Of a stretch of DNA of 64,000 nucleotides, positions 1 to 9,143 are shown piece by piece. Under the pieces are notes generated by a model. It made no database searches and had not been told where the DNA came from. It worked only from the letters and a program-made list of their open reading frames with translations. The stretch covers positions 18,481 to 82,480 of the forward strand of contig JAJPHT010000006.1 in NCBI GenBank assembly GCA_021325135.1, in the 5' to 3' direction. Position 1 is the first letter of the stretch. Each line of letters opens with the position of its first letter. This stretch comes from Pseudomonadota bacterium. Lineage in GTDB: Archaea > Thermoplasmatota > SW-10-69-26 > JACQPN01 > JAJPHT01. Both the position numbers and the translations under genes were made by a program.

Positions 1-79
1 GAATTCCAGCCAGTCCACGGACGCCACGACCTTCCGTGCGAGCTTACAAGTTTCTGTTTCAGAAGGCGCAGCGATCGCG

Positions 80-1087
80 TTGCATGGATGGGAACGGGGT
101 GGAAGCGGCAAGGTGGAAAAAGCGAGAACAAGAAGGGAACACGATTCAACGCGTCTCTGGGCTCGGGAGATGGCTCAACGCTGGGTCGTGGGTGAGTATA
201 ATCTGGTTTGGGCGCTTCTTCGCGCCGCCGGCCGTTGCCTTGCGGGCGACGCCGGGGAGTTGTGGAACGTGCGCGAGCCAGAGGCAGGGCGGGTAGGATT
301 GGGCGAGATCGACGTCGTGGCGCCGGCGGCTTTGGAGGTGGAGGCGCGCGCGATCAGGTTTCGCAAGATCCCCGTGGTGGAGTACGACTGGGAGGGCGAC
401 CACGAAGGCCCCCTGGCCGTGCCCGGAAGCGCCATGGTGTTCATCGCCAAGAAGGGCTCCCCCGTCCTCAAGGAGATCCGGGCCGCGGCGAAGGCCCGTA
501 ACGGGAGCGACGCCGGCGTGGCGCGAAAGGTCTTCTCGCCCTTCCGCGAGCGGCGCCCCATGGCGCTCGCCGATGCCGTGGAGCTCCTGAAGCGCCAGCC
601 CGTCTTCGCCTCGATCCAGTACGGCGGCCTCACGCTGGCGACGTCGCTCTTCGTGGACGAGGGTCTCCACGCCTGCGTGGTTCCCCTTCCCTACAATGGA
701 GGACGCCTGGCGAAGGAGGGGTTCACCCTCGTCGAGCACGTGAAGGACGGGGCCAAGGACGCGTTGGACGCGATCGTCCTGGCGCGAGCGCCTCCCCTGA
801 CGCCGGCCGAGAAGGCGGCCTTGCGCCGCGTCCCGGCAAGCCAGCTTGGCCTCAACGTGGGGAAGGCCGCGGACTGCTGGGGCGTCACCGCCATCGCCGT
901 CGTCGCGGTCGTCGTCCTGGGCGTGGTCGCCGTCACCACCACCGGCTGCCATCCGGGCATGCGCGGCGGGCCCCTGGTGCGCCCACCCGCCATCGCGGCC
1001 GATCGCATCAAGAAGCTGGGCCCCGCCGCGACGGCTCGCGAGCTGCTCCGGCTGCGCCGGGAAGCCTTCTCCCAGGTCCAGAGGTGA
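80..1087 (+). CDS. Hypothetical protein with an internal hydrophobic Cys-bounded segment; candidate precursor/substrate of the adjacent LinL/LinG (SdpA/SdpB)-like proteins. True start probably TTG/GTG at about 260-338.
   Basis: Long ORF whose TGA overlaps the next GTG (GTGA at 1084-1087); contains CWGVTAIAVVAVVVLGVVAVTTTGC (875-949) followed by a charged C-terminal tail. Confidence 0.7.
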   Translation: MHGWERGGSGKVEKARTRREHDSTRLWAREMAQRWVVGEYNLVWALLRAAGRCLAGDAGELWNVREPEAGRVGLGEIDVVAPAALEVEARAIRFRKIPVVEYDWEGDHEGPLAVPGSAMVFIAKKGSPVLKEIRAAAKARNGSDAGVARKVFSPFRERRPMALADAVELLKRQPVFASIQYGGLTLATSLFVDEGLHACVVPLPYNGGRLAKEGFTLVEHVKDGAKDALDAIVLARAPPLTPAEKAALRRVPASQLGLNVGKAADCWGVTAIAVVAVVVLGVVAVTTTGCHPGMRGGPLVRPPAIAADRIKKLGPAATARELLRLRREAFSQVQR

Positions 1088-1605
1088 AGTCCACGCCTGG
1101 CGCTCTCTTGGACGCCATGGTCGTGGCCCTCTTCGGCTCCTGGCTTCTCCTCACCATCCTCTGCCAGGTCCCGGGCAGGGCATCGTCCTACCTGCGCACG
1201 TGGGACTTCCTTGGCCTGATCCCCGAGTGGAACTTCTTCGCGCCCCACCCCAACACCGGGGATTACCACCTCCTCTACCGCGATCGGCTCCTTGATGGCA
1301 GCTTCACGGAGTGGACGGAGCTGCGCCAGAGCGAGTCGTACCGCTGGTGGCATGCCGTGTGGAACCCGGCCCGGAGGCGCAAGAAGGCGCTCTTCGACCT
1401 GACCGCCGCCTTGGCCCGGGAGATCCGCGAGGCGCCCGACACCCTCCAGGTCTCCATGGCCTACCTCTCTCTTCTGCAGCACGTCTCCAGCCTGGGTCGC
1501 CCAGAAGCGGTGGTGGGAACGCAGTTCATGATCATGCGCTCCCACGGGATGATCTCCACCCAAGAGCCGGACGTCATGATGGTCTCCGAGGTGCATGGGC
1601 TCTGA
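1084..1605 (+). CDS. LinL/CypL-like (SdpA-like) membrane-anchored protein
   Basis: N-terminal TM helix, then LIPEWNFFAPHPNTGDYHLLYRD and WNPARRRKKALFD motifs typical of partners of HTTM proteins. Confidence 0.7.
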   Translation: MKSTPGALLDAMVVALFGSWLLLTILCQVPGRASSYLRTWDFLGLIPEWNFFAPHPNTGDYHLLYRDRLLDGSFTEWTELRQSESYRWWHAVWNPARRRKKALFDLTAALAREIREAPDTLQVSMAYLSLLQHVSSLGRPEAVVGTQFMIMRSHGMISTQEPDVMMVSEVHGL

Positions 1606-2423
1606 ACCCCTTCTCGGACCCCCAGGTGGCGGTCGGCGCCGTGGAACGCCTCATCGCCGTCGCGGTGATCGTTTGCACCGCGGAGCTCCTGGCCCAGCCT
1701 CGCGTCCTGAGCGACGAAGGCCTCCTGGGGTGGGAGGTGGCGCGCCTTCGCCACGCATGGTTTGTCCACGGCCCCCTCTCCTGGATCATGGACGCCTGCT
1801 GCAGCTATCCGCGCGTGCTCGTCCTCCTCGGCGTCCGCCTCCTGCTCGCCCTTGCGCTCCTCGTGGGCGTGCCCCCGGGCTGGCCGCACGTCCTCCTGCT
1901 GGGCGCCCTGGCCTTGGTCTGGATGATCTCCTTTCTCCGCGTGCCCCAGGGGGCCGACGGGGCTGACCAGATGATCACCCTCGTGCTCGTCTCCCTCGCC
2001 ATCGCCGGCCTCGCCGCCATGATGGGCGCTCGCTTCGCCTGGAGCGTTGCCCTCGCCTTCGTCGCGCTCCAGGCCGTCGTCTCCTACGCCACGGCGGGCA
2101 TCGCGAAGGCGACCTCCTCGTCCTGGAGGAGCGGCGCGGCGCTCCCGGGCATCGCCGGCACCGACATGTACGGCAACAGGTCCGTGGCGCGTTTTCTCCA
2201 AGCCCGACCCAGGACGAGCCGATTCCTCGCGCGGGGCATCATCGTGTGGGAATGCTCCTTCGTCCTGGTCCTGCTCCTCCCCCTGCCGTGGGCGGTCCTC
2301 GTAGTGGCCAGCGGCGTCGCGTTCCACCTCCTGAGCGCCTTCGGGATGGGCCTCAACACCTTCCTGTGGGCATTCCTCGCCACCTACCCCGCCCTCTTCC
2401 ACGCCCTTGGCTTCCTTGGGTGA
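1602..2423 (+). CDS. HTTM-domain integral membrane protein, LinG/CypH-N-terminal or SdpB-like (probable CTG start; alternative GTG at 1626)
   Basis: Multiple TM helices; GADGADQM, ALQAVVSYATAGIAK, WRSGAALPGI and FHLLSAFGMGLNTFLWAFLATYPA motifs; GAGGTG SD upstream of the CTGA overlap. Confidence 0.75.
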   Translation: MNPFSDPQVAVGAVERLIAVAVIVCTAELLAQPRVLSDEGLLGWEVARLRHAWFVHGPLSWIMDACCSYPRVLVLLGVRLLLALALLVGVPPGWPHVLLLGALALVWMISFLRVPQGADGADQMITLVLVSLAIAGLAAMMGARFAWSVALAFVALQAVVSYATAGIAKATSSSWRSGAALPGIAGTDMYGNRSVARFLQARPRTSRFLARGIIVWECSFVLVLLLPLPWAVLVVASGVAFHLLSAFGMGLNTFLWAFLATYPALFHALGFLG

Positions 2424-2523
2424 CGCGAGCGCAAGCCGGCGCAGGTGGAGCCTGTCGACGTCGAACGCACGATGGTGCTCCGCGTTTTGTCGCGAGGCGG
2501 CGCCGTTTCACGGCGTTCCTAGC

Positions 2524-3333
2524 CTAGCTGGCCATCCACATCAGCGCCCCGCACCGCTCCTCGTGGCGCAGCTTCCCCTCCGTCTCCAGGGATAGCAATT
2601 TCTCGGTGGCCACGTCCTCCAGCCAGTCGCACGCCTCGGCGATCTCCGCCGTGGCGAGGCGGCCGTGGCGGCGCACGAGGTCCACGGGGTCGGGCGCGGG
2701 GGCGTCGACCCAGCGCGCGCCGCTGATGCGCGTGAGCGCGGCCTCGAACGCCTCGGTGGGCTGGAAGCCGGAGAGCGCGACCTCGACGCCGCGCGCGTTG
2801 CGGAAGACGACGGTGGGGAAGCCGGTGACGCCCTTGAGGCGCCCCTCGGCCTGGTCGCCGTAGAATTCCCGGGTGGCCTCGTCGGTCTCCATCGCCTCGC
2901 GGAAGCCCTGCGCGTCGACGCCGCAGGCCTTGGCGATCTCCTCCTGCACCTCCAGGGCCTCGATGTTGCGGCCGTCCATGAGGGAGGCCTCGCGCAGCGC
3001 GCGCAGGTAGCGCGGGAACGCCTCGGGCGAGACGAGGGCGGCGGCCTTGGCGGCGATGCCCGCGCGCACGGTGGTGCCGGGCCACGGCTTCAGCACGATG
3101 TCGGGGTCCAGGGGCATGCCGCTGGCGCGCCGCGCGGCGCTGAACATGCGGCGGATCTCCTCGCGGGGGAACTCGGGGCCCACGGGCGACTCGACGATGG
3201 CGCCCAGCTTCACGCGGAAGTCGATCCCCTCGCCGTGGCGCTCCTTGAGGCGCAGCAGCTGGGGCTCCAAAGCCCAGCACCACACGCTCCACGGGTCCGT
3301 GTAGTGCGTGACGACGACGGGATCGTGGCGCAT
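2524..3333 (-). CDS. DsbA/YjbH-like thioredoxin-fold protein with C-terminal winged helix
   Basis: YTDPWSVWCWALEP and GVTGFPT motifs; ATG at 3333. Confidence 0.8.
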   Translation of the reverse strand: MRHDPVVVTHYTDPWSVWCWALEPQLLRLKERHGEGIDFRVKLGAIVESPVGPEFPREEIRRMFSAARRASGMPLDPDIVLKPWPGTTVRAGIAAKAAALVSPEAFPRYLRALREASLMDGRNIEALEVQEEIAKACGVDAQGFREAMETDEATREFYGDQAEGRLKGVTGFPTVVFRNARGVEVALSGFQPTEAFEAALTRISGARWVDAPAPDPVDLVRRHGRLATAEIAEACDWLEDVATEKLLSLETEGKLRHEERCGALMWMAS

Positions 3334-3433
3334 CGGCCTGGCCAGCGGGCTTGGGCGCATCAGGGTTGCGGGAGACGAATCGTCGCCGGCCGCAGCGCAA
3401 ACGCTCATGCGCCCCCGCCCTCCTGGCGCCTCC

Positions 3434-4633
3434 ATGCCCGCCAAGAAGGCCCCCGCGAAGCGAGCCGCCCGCAAGTCCGCCGAGCCCCAGGAGGGCTTCG
3501 AGACGCGGGCCATCCACGCGGGGCAGGCGCCCGACGCCGCCACCAACGCGGTCGTCACGCCCATCCACCTCACCACCACCTACGCGCAGGACGGCCTGGG
3601 CGGGCACAAGGGGTTCGAGTACTCGCGCAGCGGCAACCCCACGCGGCAGGCGCTGGAGACGTGCATCGCGAGCCTGGAGGAGGGCGCGCGCGGGCTCGCC
3701 TTCGCCAGCGGCCTCGCCACGCTCACCACCATCGGCATGCTGCTGGAGAAGGGCGACCACGTCGTGCTGGAGGAGAACGCCTACGGCGGCACGGTGCGCT
3801 ACTTCAACCAGATCGCGCAGCGCTTCGGCGTGGAGGCGACCTACGTCGACGCGTCCGACCCGGCCAACGTCGAGAAGGCGTGGCGCAGGAACACGAAGAT
3901 GCTCCTGGCCGAGACGCCCACCAACCCCAACCTCAAGCTCCTGGACCTGGAGCGCCTCGCGAAGATCACCGGCGCGCACGACGCGCTCCTCGTCGTGGAC
4001 AACACGTTCGCGACGCCCTACCTCCAGCAGCCCCTCAAGCTGGGCGCTGACGTCGTCTGGCACTCGGCGACGAAGTATCTTGGTGGCCACAGCGACGTGA
4101 TCGCGGGCGTCGCCGTCGCCAAGGACCCCGAGGTGGGCGACCGGCTCAAGTTCCTCCAGAACGCGGCCGGCGGCGTGCTCGGCCCCTTCGACAGCTACCT
4201 CGTGCTGCGCGGCATCAAGACGCTGGCCGTGCGCATGGAGCGCCACAGCGAGAGCGCGCTGGAGATCGCGAGCTTCCTCGCCTCGCACCCCAAGGTCACG
4301 CTGGTCAACTACCCGTGGCTCGAGGAGCACCCGCAGGCGAAGCTCGCGCAGCGCCAGATGCGCCTGGGCGGCGGCATGCTCAGCTTCGAGGTCAAGGGGG
4401 GCAAGGCCGGCGCGGTGCGCTTCCTCAAGGGCCCCAAGATCTGGACGCTGGCCGAGAGCCTCGGCGCGGTGGAGAGCCTCATCTGCCACCCCGTGAGCAT
4501 GACCCACGGCTCCATCCCCAAGGAGCAGCGCGAGAGGAGCGGCGTCACCGACGGGCTGCTGCGCCTCTCTGTCGGCTTGGAGGACGTCGACGACCTCAAG
4601 CGCGACCTGGAGCGCGGGCTCGCGCTGGTGTGA
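3434..4633 (+). CDS. Cystathionine gamma-lyase/gamma-synthase (PLP-dependent transsulfuration enzyme)
   Basis: YSRSGNPT, ETPTNP, VDNTFATP, HSATKYLGGHSD and LAESLGAVESL motifs. Confidence 0.95.
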   Translation: MPAKKAPAKRAARKSAEPQEGFETRAIHAGQAPDAATNAVVTPIHLTTTYAQDGLGGHKGFEYSRSGNPTRQALETCIASLEEGARGLAFASGLATLTTIGMLLEKGDHVVLEENAYGGTVRYFNQIAQRFGVEATYVDASDPANVEKAWRRNTKMLLAETPTNPNLKLLDLERLAKITGAHDALLVVDNTFATPYLQQPLKLGADVVWHSATKYLGGHSDVIAGVAVAKDPEVGDRLKFLQNAAGGVLGPFDSYLVLRGIKTLAVRMERHSESALEIASFLASHPKVTLVNYPWLEEHPQAKLAQRQMRLGGGMLSFEVKGGKAGAVRFLKGPKIWTLAESLGAVESLICHPVSMTHGSIPKEQRERSGVTDGLLRLSVGLEDVDDLKRDLERGLALV

Positions 4634-4753
4634 CCCGGGGCCGAGGGCCCATCACCTCCCTGGTGGAAGGGTGTTGATATCAGCGCCAGCCTTCACAGCT
4701 TCCCTCCACAAGGGACAAGCCCCGTCGCCGGGCTGCGACGTGCGGGTGTTATT

Positions 4754-5371
4754 TTGCTCCCCCGAACGTGGACGCGCTCCATCCTCTCCTGCCTCCTCCT
4801 TGCGACCCTCCTCGCGGCCCTCACGCCGGCGCACGGCGCGCAGGCGACCGTCCCCTCCGCCGCTCACGTGACGATCCACCACTGGCCCCCGGGCCTCCCG
4901 ACGATCTTGGACTCGGACCACTATGATATCTACGTCGCGGGAGGGTCCGGCTGGACCTGCACGCCCGCCCAGGGCACCATCATCTCTGGCTCCCAGCCCG
5001 TGGTGACCGTGACGTGCGATCCCTCCGCGACCAAGACCCTCTGCACGTCCGTCCAGGCTGGCGGCTACCACGTCCACCTGGACGTGGGCGGGCTCCAGAC
5101 GCAGCTGGCCGACGGCTCGCTGACCGTCACGGCCGCGTGCACGGACCTGTCGGTGAGCAAGGAGCTGACCTTCCCCACCAACGACCCCGGCACGAGCAGC
5201 GTCGTGCGCGGCGCGGGCAGCCCGTCGTTCACGTGCACCTCCGACGCCAGCCGCGTCGTGCCCAGCCGCATCCTGGCCGACTTCTGGGTCTTCTGCGACG
5301 TCACGGCCGAGGCGTCCGTCGATCCCACCTGCTCCAGCGGGCCGGCCTGCGCGGTCCCCGACCGCCCCTGA
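4754..5371 (+). CDS. Secreted hypothetical protein, Cys/Thr-rich
   Basis: Signal peptide ending AHG-A; several Cys; coding-like codon usage; TTG start. Confidence 0.7.
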   Translation: MLPRTWTRSILSCLLLATLLAALTPAHGAQATVPSAAHVTIHHWPPGLPTILDSDHYDIYVAGGSGWTCTPAQGTIISGSQPVVTVTCDPSATKTLCTSVQAGGYHVHLDVGGLQTQLADGSLTVTAACTDLSVSKELTFPTNDPGTSSVVRGAGSPSFTCTSDASRVVPSRILADFWVFCDVTAEASVDPTCSSGPACAVPDRP

Positions 5372-5378
5372 AAGGGGG

Positions 5379-5948
5379 CTACCCTTCGGCCGCCACCAGC
5401 GCCTGGAGGTGCGCGATGGGGCGCGCGTCGGCGGGGAGCTTCGCCAGGAGGCCCGAGGCGCGGCGGCGGAAGGAGGGCGCGAGCCACAGGCGGCGGCGGA
5501 AGCTGCCCTCCTCCTCGGTGAGCACGTAGAGCCGGAGAAGCTCGGGCACGTAGCGCTTCACCGTCGTCTCGGAGATGCCCAATTCGCGGGCGATCTCGCG
5601 GGGGAAGGTGCCCGGGTGCGTGGCGACGTGCTCCAGGATGGAGCGCGCCTCCTGCAGGGCGAGGATGGCGAGGATCTCGCGCTCCCAGAGGGTGAAGTGC
5701 CCCTGCGTGTCGAAGTGGACGCGGCGTTTGCCCCACAGCGTCGAGAGCACGTACCCCTCGTCCTCCAGGAGGCTGAGGTGGTACATGACCGTGGGGTGGG
5801 TGAGCTGGAACCGCTCCGCCATCTCCAGGATGTGGGCCGCCGGGTTGCGCTGCACGTAGTCGTACATCTGCATGCGCAGGGGGACCTTGGCCTGGCTCGT
5901 CGCGTCGAGCCCCAACTCCATGGGCGTCGCACGCGCGACCCGGGTCAA
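5379..5948 (-). CDS. Tandem winged helix-turn-helix transcriptional regulator (start may be ATG 5921)
   Basis: Two HTH units: YVQRNPAAH...VMYHLSLL and HPGTFPREIARELGISETTV. Confidence 0.8.
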   Translation of the reverse strand: MTRVARATPMELGLDATSQAKVPLRMQMYDYVQRNPAAHILEMAERFQLTHPTVMYHLSLLEDEGYVLSTLWGKRRVHFDTQGHFTLWEREILAILALQEARSILEHVATHPGTFPREIARELGISETTVKRYVPELLRLYVLTEEEGSFRRRLWLAPSFRRRASGLLAKLPADARPIAHLQALVAAEG

Positions 5949-5976
5949 AAGTGTTGCCGGTCTGCAACCAAGGCAG

Positions 5977-6393
5977 TTACAGCCCGCGGACGAGGGTCAG
6001 GCAGTTGGAGGCCGTGACCGAGACGGCGAGGTTCCCCGCGACGGAGACGCAGTCCCCCTCGGATCGGGTGTCGACGTGGGTGGCCTGGACGTGCCCCGAC
6101 GCGTCCACCGCGCTGATGGTGTAATAGACCGTCACGCCGGCGGGGACGTCAGCGGGGTCGTAGTACGCGGGCTCGGGACCCTCCTGGACGCGCACCATCC
6201 TGTCGGGGTCCGTGCCGCGGTCCACGGTGTAGTGCGTGGCGCCGGGGCTGGGCAGCCAGGCGAGCAGCGCGTGGCCGTCCCCGGCGCGGTAGATCATGAC
6301 GCCCGTGGGGCCCTGCACCTCGACGCGGCCCCCCGAGGCGAGGGGCGCGCTGAGGAGCGCGAGCGCGACGGCCAGGCCGAGAACGGTCCTCAT
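5977..6393 (-). CDS. Small secreted protein with fibronectin type III-like fold
   Basis: Signal peptide MRTVLGLAVALALL; LAWLPSPGATHYTVDR...YYTISAVDASG pattern. Confidence 0.7.
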   Translation of the reverse strand: MRTVLGLAVALALLSAPLASGGRVEVQGPTGVMIYRAGDGHALLAWLPSPGATHYTVDRGTDPDRMVRVQEGPEPAYYDPADVPAGVTVYYTISAVDASGHVQATHVDTRSEGDCVSVAGNLAVSVTASNCLTLVRGL

Positions 6394-6529
6394 GGGCCCC
6401 CCTTCGGGACGCGCAACGCCTGGAGGCCAGGATAAACGTTCCCTCTGACAGGGAGGGACGACGCTAGGATTAAGACGGGGCCCTCCGGTGGTGAAGCCTT
6501 CTCCGCCGAGGCTGGGAAGGGAGGTGCTG

Positions 6530-7912
6530 ATGAGCCGCGCTTGGGCTTGGCTGGGCTTCGCCGTCGCCCTCATCCTGCTCGCTCCCTCCGCGTCGGCCGC
6601 CAAGGCGGCCTCGCTCCAGATCGTGGGCTCCTCGCGCGCCACGGGCGCGGCGGACGCGCTCTTCGCCATCGCCGACGGGCGGGGCCTCTCGTGGAGCGCC
6701 ACCGCCAAGGAGATCGTCGTCGAGCGCGACGGCGCGAACTTCACCCGCATCGACGCGATCAAGTCCACGAGCTACGGCCGCGTCGAGCAGGCCTCCCAGG
6801 CCTACGGTCCCGGGGAGCTCCACGGCCTGGAGGCGCGCGACGGGGGCGCCATGCTGGCGCGCTCGCTGGGCGCGCCCTTCTCGGGCGTCACCTCCACCGG
6901 GTCGCGCCTCGTCGCGGTGGGCATCCAGGACCCCTCCTTCGCCGAGTTCGGCGCCTCCGACGTGCGCACCTCGCAGACGACGCACCTCTACGTCGACGAG
7001 TCCATGCCCGGTCGCTTCGTGAACCTCACCTCCTCGGGCGGCGACTTCGAGCTGCGGGGCACGCTCCTCCTGGTCCTCTACGACGTGGACTACGCCGTCA
7101 CGACCGCGCAGGGCTCGGCCGTCGAGCGCACGGGCCGCTTCGAGAGCGCCAGCGTCGCGGGCGTGACGCAGGGGCGCGACGAGCAGCAGCGCGTGACCCT
7201 GGTGGACGCCGTTCTCACGCTCCACGCCCCAGGCGAGGCCGCGCTCTTCGCCTCGCAGGGGCACGTCGACTTCAACGGCATCCTCTCGCTGCAAGGGGGC
7301 GACGCGCCCCTCGCAGCGCCGGGGCTCGCGCCGCTGGCGGCCGCGGAGGGCGAAGGGCGCTACCAGGGAAGCTCCTCCCTGGACCTGGCGCCGGCGGGCG
7401 GGTCGGCCCTGCGGCTGGAGTCCGCCCGCGCGCCCTCCCCGCTGGCGCCCGTGGCCGAGGGCGCCTCCGCCCCGCTCCTCGCCTTGGCCGCCCTCGTGCT
7501 CGTCGCCATCGCGGGCGTGACCTTCGGGCTCTCGCGCCGCGCCCGCCGCGCCGCGGACGACACCGCCGCCGCGCTCCTCGCCATGGAGGAGCGCCGCTTC
7601 GCGGACGCGCTGGCTCCGCTGGCCCGCGCCCTCGCGCGCCGCCCGCAGGACGCGCTCCTCCACCTGGACCTGGCGCTCTGCTTGGAGGAGACGGGCCGCG
7701 GGGAGGAGGCGCGGAGGCAGTACGAGACGACGCTGGGCCTCGCCCCCGCCAACGCGGAGGCGCTCTACTACTACGCGCGCCTGCTGGCCCGCCAGCGCCG
7801 CCCCGCCGAGAGCGCCGCGCACCTGGCCGAGGCCCTCGTGCTGGACCCGCGCCTCACGGACATGGCGCGCGCCGAGCAGGCGTTCCGCGGGATGACCGGC
7901 ATCTCCGTCTGA
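6530..7912 (+). CDS. Membrane-anchored protein: signal peptide, large extracellular beta-rich domain, TM helix, cytoplasmic TPR repeats
   Basis: GGAGG SD before ATG 6530; TM LLALAALVLVAIAGVTFGL; TPR motifs (LHLDLALCLEETGRGEEA, ALYYYARLL...DP). Confidence 0.8.
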   Translation: MSRAWAWLGFAVALILLAPSASAAKAASLQIVGSSRATGAADALFAIADGRGLSWSATAKEIVVERDGANFTRIDAIKSTSYGRVEQASQAYGPGELHGLEARDGGAMLARSLGAPFSGVTSTGSRLVAVGIQDPSFAEFGASDVRTSQTTHLYVDESMPGRFVNLTSSGGDFELRGTLLLVLYDVDYAVTTAQGSAVERTGRFESASVAGVTQGRDEQQRVTLVDAVLTLHAPGEAALFASQGHVDFNGILSLQGGDAPLAAPGLAPLAAAEGEGRYQGSSSLDLAPAGGSALRLESARAPSPLAPVAEGASAPLLALAALVLVAIAGVTFGLSRRARRAADDTAAALLAMEERRFADALAPLARALARRPQDALLHLDLALCLEETGRGEEARRQYETTLGLAPANAEALYYYARLLARQRRPAESAAHLAEALVLDPRLTDMARAEQAFRGMTGISV

Positions 7913-7926
7913 TCCGCCCTCGCTTC

Positions 7927-8085
7927 TGGGTCCGGCGGCGTTCTCTTCCTGGTCACCACGCAACGCCACGACGCCACGGCGCCACGACGCGACGAACGAG
8001 GAACCTTTGTTTCCCAATCGTCGCGTCGTGGCGTCGTGGCGTCGTCGCGTCCAGACGTGACAAGAAGGAGAACACCAGCGACCCC
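7927..8085. repeat. Long intergenic inverted repeat (hairpin) with arms built from 8-bp tandem units CGCCACGA
   Basis: Four units at 7964-7995 pair with four at 8018-8049; outer arms 7941-7956 and 8057-8072 also pair imperfectly. Confidence 0.85.
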
Positions 8086-8241
8086 ACCAAGGACGGAGAG
8101 CCAACCTCACGGCCGGACCGGCAACCCAGGAAAACGCGGGCGAAACGCGGCGTCCCGAGAGGATCACGTACCAACGGAATGGTCTTATACCGCTTGTCGC
8201 ATCGGCGCCGCGAGGGCCCTACCCTCTGGAGCGCGCCTGTC

Positions 8242-8613
8242 GTGGCGGAAGCGACACTCGGGAAGTACGTTCCCATCCTCATGTTGGCCGCGCTGGGCTT
8301 CGTCATCATCTTCGTGACGCTCATGCTCACGAAGCTGGTCGCCCCGCGCCGTCCCACCGCAGGCTTCCTCTCCACCTACGAGTCGGGCGAGGTGCCGGTG
8401 GGCAACGCCCGCGGGCCCATCGACGTGCAGTACTACCTGTACGTCATCGTGTTCCTCGTCATCGACATCGAGGCCGTCTTCCTGATCCCGTGGGCGCTGC
8501 GCTTCGCGAAGCTGGGCGCCGCGGGCCTCGTGGAGATGGCCATCTTCGTCGGCCTCGTCCTCCTGGGCTGGGCCTACGCCTGGAAGAAGGGGGCGCTGGA
8601 GTGGCAAAGCTGA
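8242..8613 (+). CDS. nuoA: Complex I-like subunit A
   Basis: TYESGEVP and FDIEAVF-like ([12 protein letters not shown]) motifs, WKKGALEW; GTG start. Confidence 0.95.
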   Translation: MAEATLGKYVPILMLAALGFVIIFVTLMLTKLVAPRRPTAGFLSTYESGEVPVGNARGPIDVQYYLYVIVFLVIDIEAVFLIPWALRFAKLGAAGLVEMAIFVGLVLLGWAYAWKKGALEWQS

Positions 8614-9143
8614 TCACGCAGATCGGGGACACCGACGTGGCCCCGGACAAGGACCCCAACATCATCCTCACCCAGGTGGACAAGCTCCTCAAGTGGGGGC
8701 GCTCCAACTCGCTCTGGCCCCTGGGCTTCGGCCTCGCGTGCTGCGCGATGGAGATGTTCGCCACCATCGGCTCCCATTATGATATCGCGCGCTTCGGCAG
8801 CGAGGTGTTCCGCTCCTCGCCCCGCCAGGCGGACCTCATGATCGTGCCCGGCACGCTCACGAAGAAGATGGCGCCCCGCGTGAAGAAGCTCTGGGACCAG
8901 ATGCCCGAGCCCAAGTGGGCCATCGCCATGGGCGCGTGCGCCACCTGCGGCGGCCCCTACCAGAACTCCTACTCCACCGTGCTTGGCGTGGACAAGGTCA
9001 TCCCCGTGGACGTGTACGTCCCGGGCTGCCCTCCGCGCCCCGAGATGCTGCTGGAGGGCCTCATCCGCCTCCAGGAGAAGATCCGCGCCGACCCGCGCAT
9101 CAGCCCCGGCCTGGAGAAGTACCTCACGCGGAAGGTGGCCTGA
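8601..9143 (+). CDS. nuoB: Complex I-like subunit B
   Basis: [30 protein letters not shown]. Confidence 0.97.
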   Translation: MAKLITQIGDTDVAPDKDPNIILTQVDKLLKWGRSNSLWPLGFGLACCAMEMFATIGSHYDIARFGSEVFRSSPRQADLMIVPGTLTKKMAPRVKKLWDQMPEPKWAIAMGACATCGGPYQNSYSTVLGVDKVIPVDVYVPGCPPRPEMLLEGLIRLQEKIRADPRISPGLEKYLTRKVA

